This document shows, piece after piece, positions 1-8,635 of a DNA stretch of 36,641 nt. Position numbers and translations under genes: made by a program. Each line of letters starts with the position of its first letter. The stretch's first letter is position 1. The notes beneath the pieces were generated by a model, which worked only from the letters and a program-made list of their open reading frames with translations, made no database searches and was not told where the DNA came from. Origin of the DNA: a virus (Duplodnaviria; Caudoviricetes); the IMG/VR virus record IMGVR_UViG_3300044580_000418, positions 1 to 36,641 of that record; one strand, 5' to 3'.

Positions 1-18
1 CGTGTGCTCTTCCGATCT
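1..18 (+). other. Illumina TruSeq adapter remnant (assembly artefact)
   Basis: CGTGTGCTCTTCCGATCT is the 3' end of the TruSeq read-2 primer/adapter sequence. Confidence 0.95.
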
Positions 19-280
19 GTACCGTGCCATTTTCAAATGTGATGGATACCTGGTCGCCATGGGCGAATTCTTCTGTTGTCGGTGGCATGTAAACCACATA
101 CTCATACTGCTCAACATCGCCATCGGCTCCCCGTATTACCGGATTGCTCCCGGCAGGTTCGGCACGCCCATCACTGGTGAAAGTTGTGGATGAACCAGAA
201 GGCTGAAAGTCGCCGTTTCCGTCTTTGGGAGGCACCGGTTCCCGGGTGACAGTAATTGTATGTGGATATTGATTTACCAT
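19..280 (-). CDS. Putative head-closure/head-completion protein, truncated at contig end
   Basis: Open frame MVNQYPHTITVTREPVPPKDGNGDF... starts at an ATG overlapping the upstream stop (ATGGTAA); position after the connector gene; absent from the ORF track because it has no stop. Confidence 0.65.
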
Positions 281-582
281 CTTTCGGTTGCGTCGCTTAT
301 TGTGTTCCCGGTTGCAGATACCCCATATTGGGAGTATATTGAATTTGCCATTGCCAGGAACGTTTTACGATCGTTTATCGAAACAGAAAAACCGCCCTCG
401 CTTATGTTTGCTGCAGTTGCCAAAACCTTATAGATGTCGGCTGTTGCAAGCTCAAAAGCGCGCGAGGTACCTGAATAGGTGTCGGCTCCGGATAGCCCCC
501 TGTCGGTCAACACCCGGTTAAAAGTATTGACAGGCAGAGGGTATCCTGAAACGGTCGATTGAATTGCTTCGAGAATTGTCAT
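274..582 (-). CDS. Head-tail connector/adaptor (DUF6706-like)
   Basis: 102 aa directly after the major capsid gene; ADIY...ISEGGFSVS motif typical of Bacteroidota phage adaptors. Confidence 0.7.
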   Translation of the reverse strand: MTILEAIQSTVSGYPLPVNTFNRVLTDRGLSGADTYSGTSRAFELATADIYKVLATAANISEGGFSVSINDRKTFLAMANSIYSQYGVSATGNTISDATERW

Positions 583-595
583 CGCTCATGTTCGG

Positions 596-1693
596 TTAAG
601 ACCATGAAGTTGCATTGTGCTTCATCAGGAAGATGCTGTTCACGTCGGTAAACCGCGGGAAAGCGTTAGCCTGGCCCTTGGTATATTCGCCGAACGGTTC
701 AACCTCCGACCATTTGGTCAGGAGCACATGCTGGGTCTTCACCATGATTGCAATTTTCTTCAAGGTTTCGCTTGTTTCTTCTGCAATCGGGCCATGGAGT
801 ACGTTTCCAACCTTCAGATCAGGGATCAATGCAATGTAACCGGCTTTCCACGGCGACACTGTTGAAAGTGCGTGTGCCGTGCTTTCAAACCGGACGGAGC
901 TATCGACTACCACAACCTGCGGCAGCATATAGGCTTCCATCATCGCATTGAAATCGGCAAGCGCCACATCGGCTTTCCGGCTGGCGGTGATCCTTTGGAA
1001 AAATGCATACTTATCTTTCACCTCGGTGGTTGCCAGCATCAGCCTGACGGCTGCCCTGTCCATGACCACGTAATTGATAGAATATCCTGCATCTTTCGCA
1101 GAATCGACTTTCGCCTGGATGTCGGTGATTGGTGTAGCACTTGCAGCTGTAGCCCAGTTGACCGCTGCTGCAGTTTTGTTCCCCGAGGGAATACCGAAAT
1201 CAACACTGGTTTCGGTTATGATCCCGTTGTTGTTCGAGTTTGTCAGTGCAATCGATCCGTAACTGAGCGCTTGCATCGCAAGGAATTCAGTCCGTGCCAG
1301 TACTCCCTGGAGACAGAAATCGATATCGTTGAATACAATATCGAGCAATGCTGTTTTGTTGGCATCGCCCTGCGAACCTGCGCTGATGGTATTGTAATCG
1401 TTGAAATCTTTCTCGTCCATCTTGCGTTTGAGCGCAATCTTCGGGATATCGCCCGATGCTTTTGCAACTACCCGGCGAGTTTTCAGCGGAGCGGTTGCGT
1501 TGTATTCGACCACATCAGCCATGACCGGGTTTCCTCCCGATCCGGAAAGAGATTCCCAGGTGAGCTGCGTGGTGTATTTCAGCGGGAAGAACTGTTGCCA
1601 GAACATGGTTTTCAGGTATGCTTCCCTTGCCCTGTTGACATACGCTTCAACATTCGATTTTGTGAGTTGCCTCAAAAGTGACCTTTCAATCAT
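596..1693 (-). CDS. Major capsid protein (lambda gpE-like)
   Basis: 365 aa; FFP, MADVV, GDIPKI, RTEFLAMQAL, VDFGIP motifs; head-module synteny. Confidence 0.9.
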   Translation of the reverse strand: MIERSLLRQLTKSNVEAYVNRAREAYLKTMFWQQFFPLKYTTQLTWESLSGSGGNPVMADVVEYNATAPLKTRRVVAKASGDIPKIALKRKMDEKDFNDYNTISAGSQGDANKTALLDIVFNDIDFCLQGVLARTEFLAMQALSYGSIALTNSNNNGIITETSVDFGIPSGNKTAAAVNWATAASATPITDIQAKVDSAKDAGYSINYVVMDRAAVRLMLATTEVKDKYAFFQRITASRKADVALADFNAMMEAYMLPQVVVVDSSVRFESTAHALSTVSPWKAGYIALIPDLKVGNVLHGPIAEETSETLKKIAIMVKTQHVLLTKWSEVEPFGEYTKGQANAFPRFTDVNSIFLMKHNATSWS

Positions 1694-1711
1694 TTCATTT
1701 CAATTTTTGGG

Positions 1712-2647
1712 TTATTCAAAGCGGATGTGTGGCAGGTATGCCTTTATAGCACTGTCGATGTAATAAGGCAGCAGCGATTCTTTCACTGTGCCACTGACCA
1801 TGATCCCTGCACCGGCGTTCAAACCGGATTCGGAGGTATCAACCGTGTTCAGGGTCAAACCGGCAGGAGTGTACAAGTAAGGTTTTGCACCGTAGTTCAC
1901 ACCACCACCCAGATCATCGGACGGAACTGTAAGGACAGCACCGGTCTGGTTGTTGTCCCAGCCCACTGCTCCGGTTGCGGTTGCAAGGCTGAAATCGATG
2001 CCAGAGGCAACAACCCCAAGCGCGCGGATGGCTGCCTGGATTGCAGCTGCGTTATTGCTTGCAGCGGTTGTTTTTGCAAGTTTGATCAGCAGTACCCCGG
2101 CAGCGTATGAGACTGCAAGTGCATCGGATGCGTTCTGCTCAATGGTAACGGTGATGCCGTTGAAATTGGCAGGGTTCGATTTCACAGGGATGGTGATGGT
2201 CAGCGTGTCGGCAACATCATCGGTAACAACCGCTGTTGCCGCAGTTCCCGAACCAGTCGTGTCTTCTGTTTCGACCTGGTAAAGGATTTGGTTTGCTGAC
2301 GAGAGTGTGAGGGAACCAGAATCGAAGGAAAGCGTATCGTATGTTTCGCCGACGGTTATTGAGGCGATTGTCAAAGCAACCACACCGTCTGAAATGACGT
2401 CGTCGATTTTAAGTTCATGGCTCTTGGCTATGCGGGGTGCCGATGCTGAACCACCTGAAACGATCTTGGCCGTTTTTACCAGGTGATAAAGCCCGTTGGT
2501 GTCTTTCCCAACAACAGCACCCTCCAAGACTTCAACGGTGTCGGCCTTTACATCGGCTTTTGCCAGGGTGCCGCCACCGGGGATGTCCTCGATCACGTTG
2601 ATAAACGGGAGAGGGCGTTCTGTTCCTGTTTCGGATTTTACGTACAT
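1712..2647 (-). CDS. Putative head decoration protein with inserted Ala/Thr-rich domain
   Basis: Lies between scaffold and MCP; N-terminal DIPGGGT and C-terminal G-x-V-x-E-x-x-LP...LPHIRF. Confidence 0.65.
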   Translation of the reverse strand: MYVKSETGTERPLPFINVIEDIPGGGTLAKADVKADTVEVLEGAVVGKDTNGLYHLVKTAKIVSGGSASAPRIAKSHELKIDDVISDGVVALTIASITVGETYDTLSFDSGSLTLSSANQILYQVETEDTTGSGTAATAVVTDDVADTLTITIPVKSNPANFNGITVTIEQNASDALAVSYAAGVLLIKLAKTTAASNNAAAIQAAIRALGVVASGIDFSLATATGAVGWDNNQTGAVLTVPSDDLGGGVNYGAKPYLYTPAGLTLNTVDTSESGLNAGAGIMVSGTVKESLLPYYIDSAIKAYLPHIRFE

Positions 2648-2656
2648 GAATTTTGA

Positions 2657-3277
2657 TTATTTTTTTTCTTCGGGGAATTTTTCTTTAAGATAGTTGTCTA
2701 TCTCGGCCTTTTCGTCGGCCTCGGAAGCCCGTTTTGGTGTTTCGGAAACCAGGCCCTTGTTAATCAGTTCCTGTTTTGTTGCGACAAAATCGGCTTCAAT
2801 TTCTCCAGCCAGTTTGTCAATGTCCGATTCGCTTTCAACGGTAAGCGACATGCGCTTCAGGAAGCTTTCAGTTACACCCTTTTCTTTGAGTTTGTCCCTG
2901 AGCCGTTGCGAGAGTGCAGCCTGCGATTCTTTCTTTTCGTAGGCTTCGAGTTTTGCCTGCATTTCCTTTGCCCACTGTGGCAATTCACCGGCGGCTTTCG
3001 CTGCAGCTTCGGCTGCTGCTTTGGCTGCGGCTTCTGCTGCAGTGTCAGGCTTTTTTTCCAGTTCGGCTTTCGTTTTAGCGACTGCGTCGTTAACCCGCTT
3101 GTCAATATCGCCCTGGAATGATTTGAGCAATGGCTCGACCCCTGCAATTGCGGTTTCGATCTGATTTTCTTCGGTTACAGTTGTAGCGAGATATTCGGCT
3201 ACCCCTGCAAATGCTTTTTCCCCAAACCCCAGGTTTGTGTATTTGGTTTTCAGGGCAGCTAAAATTTTTTCTTTCAT
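2657..3277 (-). CDS. Capsid scaffolding protein
   Basis: Start placed at MKEKILAALKTKY; Ala/Lys/Glu-rich coiled coil with a PQWAK motif; first gene of the capsid operon. Confidence 0.75.
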   Translation of the reverse strand: MKEKILAALKTKYTNLGFGEKAFAGVAEYLATTVTEENQIETAIAGVEPLLKSFQGDIDKRVNDAVAKTKAELEKKPDTAAEAAAKAAAEAAAKAAGELPQWAKEMQAKLEAYEKKESQAALSQRLRDKLKEKGVTESFLKRMSLTVESESDIDKLAGEIEADFVATKQELINKGLVSETPKRASEADEKAEIDNYLKEKFPEEKK

Positions 3278-3363
3278 CGATGAAGTTTTGGTTACACAAT
3301 GTTTTGTGACCAAAATTCACTGAAAGTATTTACCGGGGAAAAGGATTTGCGGGTGCAAAATGG

Positions 3364-3381
3364 GACATTTTTCAAAATGTC
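3364..3381. promoter_or_regulatory. Palindromic site upstream of scaffold/capsid operon
   Basis: GACATTTT-TC-AAAATGTC; its 16-bp core recurs in reverse complement at 7919-7934. Confidence 0.6.
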
Positions 3382-3503
3382 AAAAATATTTTCACTAAAT
3401 TTCAGACATAAGACATTTAATAATTGTTTGGTCTGTAATATTTTCTTTTTTTGTATTATATTTATGGTAATGCAAATTCTGATATTAAAACTCTGAATAT
3501 CAA

Positions 3504-4181
3504 ATGAATAGTTTTATTTATTCCGAGTACATTAACAAATTCAGTGAATTTGAAAAGAAGAACGCACCCAAAAACTTTTTTTTTGATGGTGATATTTCTC
3601 TTTTAACTCAAGGGATTAAAGTTGCCGTAGTTGGTAGCAGGAAACCTTCTGATGAAGGCATAATTAGAGCTCGGTCAATTACAAAAAAATTAGTCGAATT
3701 AGGGATTACCGTTGTAAGCGGCTTGGCTGAAGGGATCGATACTGTCGCACATTTGACAACGATTTCATTAAATGGCAAGACGATTGCTTTTCTTGGGACC
3801 CCATTAAATATTTCATATCCAAAATCTAATGAAAAATTACTCACCATCATAAAGAGTAATCACCTCGCAATTTCACAATTCCCATATGGATATCCCATAA
3901 TGAAACAGAATTTCCCGGATAGAAACCGAACCATGGCATTGTTTAGCGATGCTACAGTTATTGTTGAGGCTTCTGAAAATAGTGGAACTAGACATCAAGG
4001 TTGGGAGGCTTTAAGGTTGGGCAGGTCTGTTTTCATAATGGAAAACGTTATTAAAAATCCGAGTGTTTCTTGGGCTAAAGAAATGTTAAAATATGGGGCC
4101 CAGATTCTGAAGAAGGATAATCTATCATTAGTTTTAGAAGAAATTCCAAGTTTCGTTTCCAGTGTCGACTTTGCCTTTTAG
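3504..4181 (+). CDS. dprA: DprA/Smf (SLOG)-like protein, ShosA-like
   Basis: VAVVGSRK, VVSGLAEGIDTVAH, FPDRNRTM, VIVEASENSGT motifs; short form. Confidence 0.92.
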   Translation: MNSFIYSEYINKFSEFEKKNAPKNFFFDGDISLLTQGIKVAVVGSRKPSDEGIIRARSITKKLVELGITVVSGLAEGIDTVAHLTTISLNGKTIAFLGTPLNISYPKSNEKLLTIIKSNHLAISQFPYGYPIMKQNFPDRNRTMALFSDATVIVEASENSGTRHQGWEALRLGRSVFIMENVIKNPSVSWAKEMLKYGAQILKKDNLSLVLEEIPSFVSSVDFAF

Positions 4182-4800
4182 GTTACATTATATGACTTTA
4201 TTTAATTACTGCCCAAGAGATTATACACAATTGGGTAGTAAAGCAAAGTCTTTAGTTAGTAGCATAAAAGCTGGTCGTATAGATACAATAAAGAGAGCCA
4301 TTGACCACATTGATCAAATTGAAGGAAGTTTTACTTCCTTTTTCAATAATGAGGTAACATTAATACCCATTCCAGGAAGTAGTTTATTTTTAGATGGTGC
4401 TGTTAGATCGCCAGGTATCATATCTCAATGTCTAATTGAAAAAGGATTAGCATCAAATATTGCAGATATTTTGAGACGTTCCTCTCCAATAAGGAAAAGT
4501 TCAAGTTGTTATAATGCTGAAACCAGACCTTCAATCGATGAACATTATAACAGTATTAAGGTAATACGTACTATTGAAAATCCATCATCAATCACTCTGG
4601 TTGATGATGTGATGACATTGGGAAGGACAGCTTATGGTTGTGCATTAAGGTTACACGATATTTTCCCAGACGCGCAAATAAGAGTTTTTTCTTTAATTAG
4701 GACTCAGCTGGAGCCAATAAGCACTATGTTTTCAATTGAATGTGGCGAAATAATAAAATACAATTCTGGAAATTCATGGGTTCAAAAAAACAATTGTTAA
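4162..4800 (+). CDS. Type I phosphoribosyltransferase (ComF/ShosT-like)
   Basis: LIPIPGSS and the PRPP-binding loop ITLVDDVMTLGRT; overlaps dprA by 20 nt. Confidence 0.88.
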   Translation: MSTLPFRLHYMTLFNYCPRDYTQLGSKAKSLVSSIKAGRIDTIKRAIDHIDQIEGSFTSFFNNEVTLIPIPGSSLFLDGAVRSPGIISQCLIEKGLASNIADILRRSSPIRKSSSCYNAETRPSIDEHYNSIKVIRTIENPSSITLVDDVMTLGRTAYGCALRLHDIFPDAQIRVFSLIRTQLEPISTMFSIECGEIIKYNSGNSWVQKNNC

Positions 4801-5864
4801 CCACTCAATAATTCCTTTACTCCATTCTCAATTCTCTTGTCTTTGAAATTATCGCGCACCCAGAAAGGTTGAGATTTCCACCCAGAGATTTTTTCTTTGT
4901 TTGCAGCAACCCATTCTTTGAATCCATCCGGAACATCCTCAATGTGGCCTGAAAGTTTCTTCCCATCGACAAGGCTGTCTATAAAATCTGATTTTTCGGC
5001 CAGGATCGGAACCATGTAGCACCGGCAGGCAGGGTGCCACCCGACAAATCGGAAAGATTTCGGATACTTCCCGGCTGCAGCATCGCAAATGTCGGGAACC
5101 GGATGGTTGTCGCTCAAACGGATCTCGTAGCCCAGGATGAAATCATGCATTTTCCACCGTTCCTGGTCGGCTGTTCGGTAGGCCATATTGACTTCTGTGC
5201 GTGCCAGGCGCTTTGCGTTCTGGATGGAACTGCGGTAAACCCCTTGTCCGGGACTATATTCACGGGCCCGGATTGATAGTTTCAGTTTCCCGGTTTTCGG
5301 GTCGCGCACACGGCGAAACTGATTGTCCGGTTTTTCAAGCAGCTGCTTCAGGTCTTGCGCAATATTGCTGGCTGGTCGCCCGGTAACTAAACCGTTATCG
5401 ATATAATCTTCGATCAACGGCATGACCGTATCGTCCGACAGCTTCCAGACACGGCCCGACAGGTCCATCCCTTCGTATTTCCGCTTCTGGAATTCCCTGA
5501 AAGCTTCTTCGTTCCGCTCGAACAGTCCCTTTTTCGCTATAATCGATGAAGGAATATTTTCTATGTACGGTTTCAGGATATCATCGGTTTTGTCGTTTGC
5601 CGCAGCAAAGGCCCACAACTGGTTTTCTTCAATCTGCTTTTTCATTTGCTTCTTAAATATATCAGTCTCCCCGGCCAGCTGCTTGTCGAGATCAGGAACA
5701 CGGATGACAATTCCGTTTTTCTTCGTTCGGTATTGTGCAAGAATATCGGCGACTTTTACGGTGTAGTCGGAATACAGCCTGTTTATCTGGTGGTCGGATA
5801 GCAGAAATCGCCGCAGCAATTTGCGCTCGTATATTCCGGTTATTTTTTCAATTCTTTCGGCCAT
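4797..5864 (-). CDS. Minor head morphogenesis protein (MuF/SPP1 gp7-like)
   Basis: AKRLARTEVNMAY, ICD and WHPACRC motifs. Confidence 0.88.
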   Translation of the reverse strand: MAERIEKITGIYERKLLRRFLLSDHQINRLYSDYTVKVADILAQYRTKKNGIVIRVPDLDKQLAGETDIFKKQMKKQIEENQLWAFAAANDKTDDILKPYIENIPSSIIAKKGLFERNEEAFREFQKRKYEGMDLSGRVWKLSDDTVMPLIEDYIDNGLVTGRPASNIAQDLKQLLEKPDNQFRRVRDPKTGKLKLSIRAREYSPGQGVYRSSIQNAKRLARTEVNMAYRTADQERWKMHDFILGYEIRLSDNHPVPDICDAAAGKYPKSFRFVGWHPACRCYMVPILAEKSDFIDSLVDGKKLSGHIEDVPDGFKEWVAANKEKISGWKSQPFWVRDNFKDKRIENGVKELLSG

Positions 5865-6207
5865 CCAGGTATGCTGTTATTTCGTCACGAAACTGGTCAA
5901 ACGACCGGCACACGATGTATTTGTTTCCGGCTGTCTCGGCTGCTTTCTGAAATTCTCTTTGCAGGTTTGTTTGATTATTCTTTGCAGCTTTCATTTCGAT
6001 GCAAAGAGAGGCATATCCTGAGGCCGGAACCAGAAGTACCAGATCGGCAACACCCGGGACCACTCCCTGGGCTTTCAGGTTTGAAGCTTCAATGACATTC
6101 CGGGATCCACCGTTGGGAACATGGAAAAGCAACATTGCCAGCTTCGGAAATTGGTACCGGAACCAGCGCACGCACGATGATTGTAATGTTGCCTCATTCG
6201 ATTTCAT
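5848..6207 (-). CDS. VRR-NUC domain nuclease
   Basis: EATLQ, FHVPNGG, GVADL, IEMK, QREFQ motifs. Confidence 0.88.
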   Translation of the reverse strand: MKSNEATLQSSCVRWFRYQFPKLAMLLFHVPNGGSRNVIEASNLKAQGVVPGVADLVLLVPASGYASLCIEMKAAKNNQTNLQREFQKAAETAGNKYIVCRSFDQFRDEITAYLDGRKN

Positions 6208-6407
6208 CAGTTAAAGATTTGTGCGTCGCTGAGTTCTTCTTCAAAATACCACATTGAAGTGGATGCAGGATCGAATGTAACCTGATAAGTGATCGTGTTT
6301 GTCCGTCGTTGGTAACTCCAATCAATAACTATTCCTTTCTGGAAATCGCCAACCCGGGACCATACTGGCTGACCAACTAAATATTTCGGTTTTATTTCTA
6401 CTGTCAT
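6207..6407 (-). CDS. Small hypothetical protein (SH3-like beta barrel suspected)
   Basis: 66 aa with start/stop overlaps to both neighbours; PKYLVGQPV...EEEL pattern. Confidence 0.6.
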   Translation of the reverse strand: MTVEIKPKYLVGQPVWSRVGDFQKGIVIDWSYQRRTNTITYQVTFDPASTSMWYFEEELSDAQIFN

Positions 6408-7849
6408 GGATTGAATGTTCCTGTTAATTCTCTTTGTGCATTCTCAATTTCTTCCTCATTGTCGGACTTTATCCGGTCGAGTTCTCCCTGAACATCACCC
6501 ACAAGAGGATTGTTTTCAAGGGCTGTTTCCTTGCTGATAAGCGGTTTGTTCCCCCTGGCCGTTGAAAGCGTTTCGATGATTTCCTTTACATTTTTCGGCA
6601 GGTATGGCGTGAATTCTGGTTCCAGTTCCAGATTATCAACTTCAGCCGATAGGGAAGTATTGATAACCGTTCCGAGGATATGCTTTAGCAGGTTTAACCT
6701 GCGTTGGAACATCTCCCCGAACAGTTCAATGTCATTTTCAGCCTTTAAATGGGCGTCGGTGAACATCAGTTTTATAGCAAACCCGGAAAGATCGCCTCCG
6801 ATATCCTTCAACTGCTCAAAGCTGATGTTCGGAGTCTGCGACATTGCGTAGATCATTTTTTCAAGCAACTCGAATTCCAGTTTCTCGCTCTCCGGTGACT
6901 GGTCCCACGACATATAGTCGGCATCTCCGTTTTCATCCAACTGAATCGTCTTTCCGGAACTGTTTTTTTCGGGAAGCGACAATACCTTCCCCCGGGTTTT
7001 CACCATGGGCGCACCGAAATAGTCGTTCGTGTCGCCGAAATTACTTGCCTTTTTCTCGAACCGGTCAATCATCGGTTGTACGGAATACCATTCCGGTTCT
7101 CCCTGTGCGTAATAAATGACTGGAATTTTCCCCAGCAAATTTTCGGCTTCCTCAATTATCCATAATTCCCGGTAGGTGCGCCTGATGATTTTTGTTTCGG
7201 TCCATGTGTCGAAATGGGAGATTGATTTATCTCCCTCTTTGACCTTGTATTCCCGGCTGAATGCAGTTAACTTGTCTGTTTCATCGAAATAGGGATATAG
7301 GACATCCCCGTTCCCCGGAGAAAGAAGCTGTACCCTCATTTTGAATTTCACAAGGGAGTTTTTCACCGTTTTTTTCCAGAAAGCTTCATCCTCGACCAGG
7401 TACCACAATTCAGCAGCCTCACATTCACGTTTCACTGTCCGGGCCAGTTTCCTGTCAAAGTATTTCGTTTTGTTGTCTTTCAAGGTGATGTCAACCATAT
7501 CGGCCAGTGCCTTCTGGTTTTTGTTTTTTTCATCCATGTACCTTTTCACCCTGACCGGGTTCCCCAGGAGAAACCCAACCGCCCTGTTCACAATGATCCT
7601 CTGAAAAGGAACTGCAATCCGGTTTACTTTTTCAAGCGATATTGTGTAAGTATCCTTCCCCTGGCTATCTTTCCCTGTAACCCGTTTCACAGTTTTATCG
7701 GGTCGGATTGCGTGATCGAAAACATCGTGCTGTTTTGGGTCCCACTGCTTTTTCAGTTCCTCAAAATCGGGCAGTTTGACGGTCTTTCCCTTTTTGAGTT
7801 CCGAAACTTGTTTCTCGGCAGGAAGAAGGAGAATATCCTCAATAACCAT
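6404..7849 (-). CDS. Phage portal protein, SPP1 gp6-like
   Basis: 481 aa; IVNRAVGFLLGNPV, GKIPVIYY, SQTPNIS, LSGFAIK, FTPYLPKN motifs. Confidence 0.93.
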   Translation of the reverse strand: MVIEDILLLPAEKQVSELKKGKTVKLPDFEELKKQWDPKQHDVFDHAIRPDKTVKRVTGKDSQGKDTYTISLEKVNRIAVPFQRIIVNRAVGFLLGNPVRVKRYMDEKNKNQKALADMVDITLKDNKTKYFDRKLARTVKRECEAAELWYLVEDEAFWKKTVKNSLVKFKMRVQLLSPGNGDVLYPYFDETDKLTAFSREYKVKEGDKSISHFDTWTETKIIRRTYRELWIIEEAENLLGKIPVIYYAQGEPEWYSVQPMIDRFEKKASNFGDTNDYFGAPMVKTRGKVLSLPEKNSSGKTIQLDENGDADYMSWDQSPESEKLEFELLEKMIYAMSQTPNISFEQLKDIGGDLSGFAIKLMFTDAHLKAENDIELFGEMFQRRLNLLKHILGTVINTSLSAEVDNLELEPEFTPYLPKNVKEIIETLSTARGNKPLISKETALENNPLVGDVQGELDRIKSDNEEEIENAQRELTGTFNP

Positions 7850-7918
7850 AGCGCTCTTTTTGTGCGCAAGTTAGAGAGGGGTTTGTGGGTGAATTCTATT
7901 CCGGAGGTTAAAAAATGG

Positions 7919-7934
7919 ACATTTTGAAAAATGT
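7919..7934. promoter_or_regulatory. Palindromic site upstream of portal gene
   Basis: ACATTTT-GA-AAAATGT, exact reverse complement of 3365-3380. Confidence 0.6.
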
Positions 7935-7935
7935 A

Positions 7936-7999
7936 CAAAAAATACCTCCCGGTGGCCTCTACTCGCTTTACAGACAAGCCTGCACTCACCCGGAAGGAT
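7936..7999 (-). ncRNA. Candidate structured small RNA, abiF-motif-like hairpin ending in U tract
   Basis: TAATTTTG -7 box at 8004-8011; outer stem CCTTCCGG/CCGGGAGG; internal loop GAGTGCA/AGAGGC; apical GCTTGT/GCGAGT; TATTTTTT tail. Confidence 0.45.
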
Positions 8000-8106
8000 G
8001 ATACAAAATTACAAAAAAGGATCATAGACAAGTACAATGAGACCTATCTACATATGTTTTGTTATGATTGCTATTAATGTAATATTATCCCACCTCTTTT
8101 ACCTCA

Positions 8107-8237
8107 ATATAACGGTCGGGGTTATGTGAGTAAGGGATAGCGTACTAATTTCCTGTCCACCTTTAAACCGAAGTTTGAGCGGGGCAGAACGCTTGGACTA
8201 CCACTGAAAACCTTATTGCAAGGAGTCTTTGTTAACG
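8107..8237 (-). repeat. attC-like recombination site (131 bp)
   Basis: CGTTAAC inverse core 11 nt after the ORF stop; GTTATAT core at the far end; nested inverted repeats TAAGG/CCTTA, AGCGT/ACGCT, AAAC-TTCG-GTTT. Confidence 0.72.
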
Positions 8238-8635
8238 CCTGGCTTTCTTTACATATGGATCAACTTATTGTATAATTCTTGAGGTTGTCTTTCAACCACA
8301 ACGTTAGCATTTATAGACCAAGAATCCTCTTTGCCATTATAACGATATTCAAAGAGTCGAGTTTTTACCAAGTATGGGACTTCAATATCTTTCTGGTTGT
8401 CAAAGGAAACATAATCTCCAGCAGAAGGAATATTTCCTATGTTTTCTAATACAATACTTTCTCTATTTAATGAAACATCGTCTGGTCTCTCACCTTCTGA
8501 TCCCATTTGAAAATTAAGATTAATAATTGTTTTCATCTCAGTTGTTTTAATTTATTATATATAGTGTAAATATGCTATTTTGTTGTCTTTCTTGCTATTA
8601 TCTTTCATGTAGCTGTCTGTCAAGCTTCGCGTTAA
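8113..8635 (-). mobile_element. Integron-type gene cassette (523 bp) at a secondary site
   Basis: Begins G/TTAACG, complementary to its own inverse core CGTTAAC; one ORF plus attC-like site; removing it rejoins a split gene in frame. Confidence 0.72.
8249..8536 (-). CDS. Cassette-borne hypothetical protein
   Basis: 95 aa AT-rich ORF; IPSAGDYV...YLVKTRLFEY. Confidence 0.75.
   Translation of the reverse strand: MKTIINLNFQMGSEGERPDDVSLNRESIVLENIGNIPSAGDYVSFDNQKDIEVPYLVKTRLFEYRYNGKEDSWSINANVVVERQPQELYNKLIHM

Noticed and set aside
2-193. 63-aa plus-strand ORF
   Set aside because: Starts inside the adapter sequence and is antisense to the real head-completion gene
615-3147. Long plus-strand and alternate-frame ORFs over the capsid genes (e.g. 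872-1681)
   Set aside because: Shadow frames of GC-richer minus-strand genes, with no recognisable motifs
3365-7934. Inverted 16-bp sites as an invertible segment
   Set aside because: The TC/GA cores would formally permit inversion, but there is no invertase in the window and the AAAATGG flanks are in direct orientation, which favours regulator binding sites
7753-8037. 94-aa ORF upstream of portal
   Set aside because: Crosses a structured RNA/terminator and overlaps the portal start; no motifs
8061-8113. Second empty cassette (GTTATAT...CATAAC)
   Set aside because: Better explained as the coding 3' half of the split lipoprotein gene
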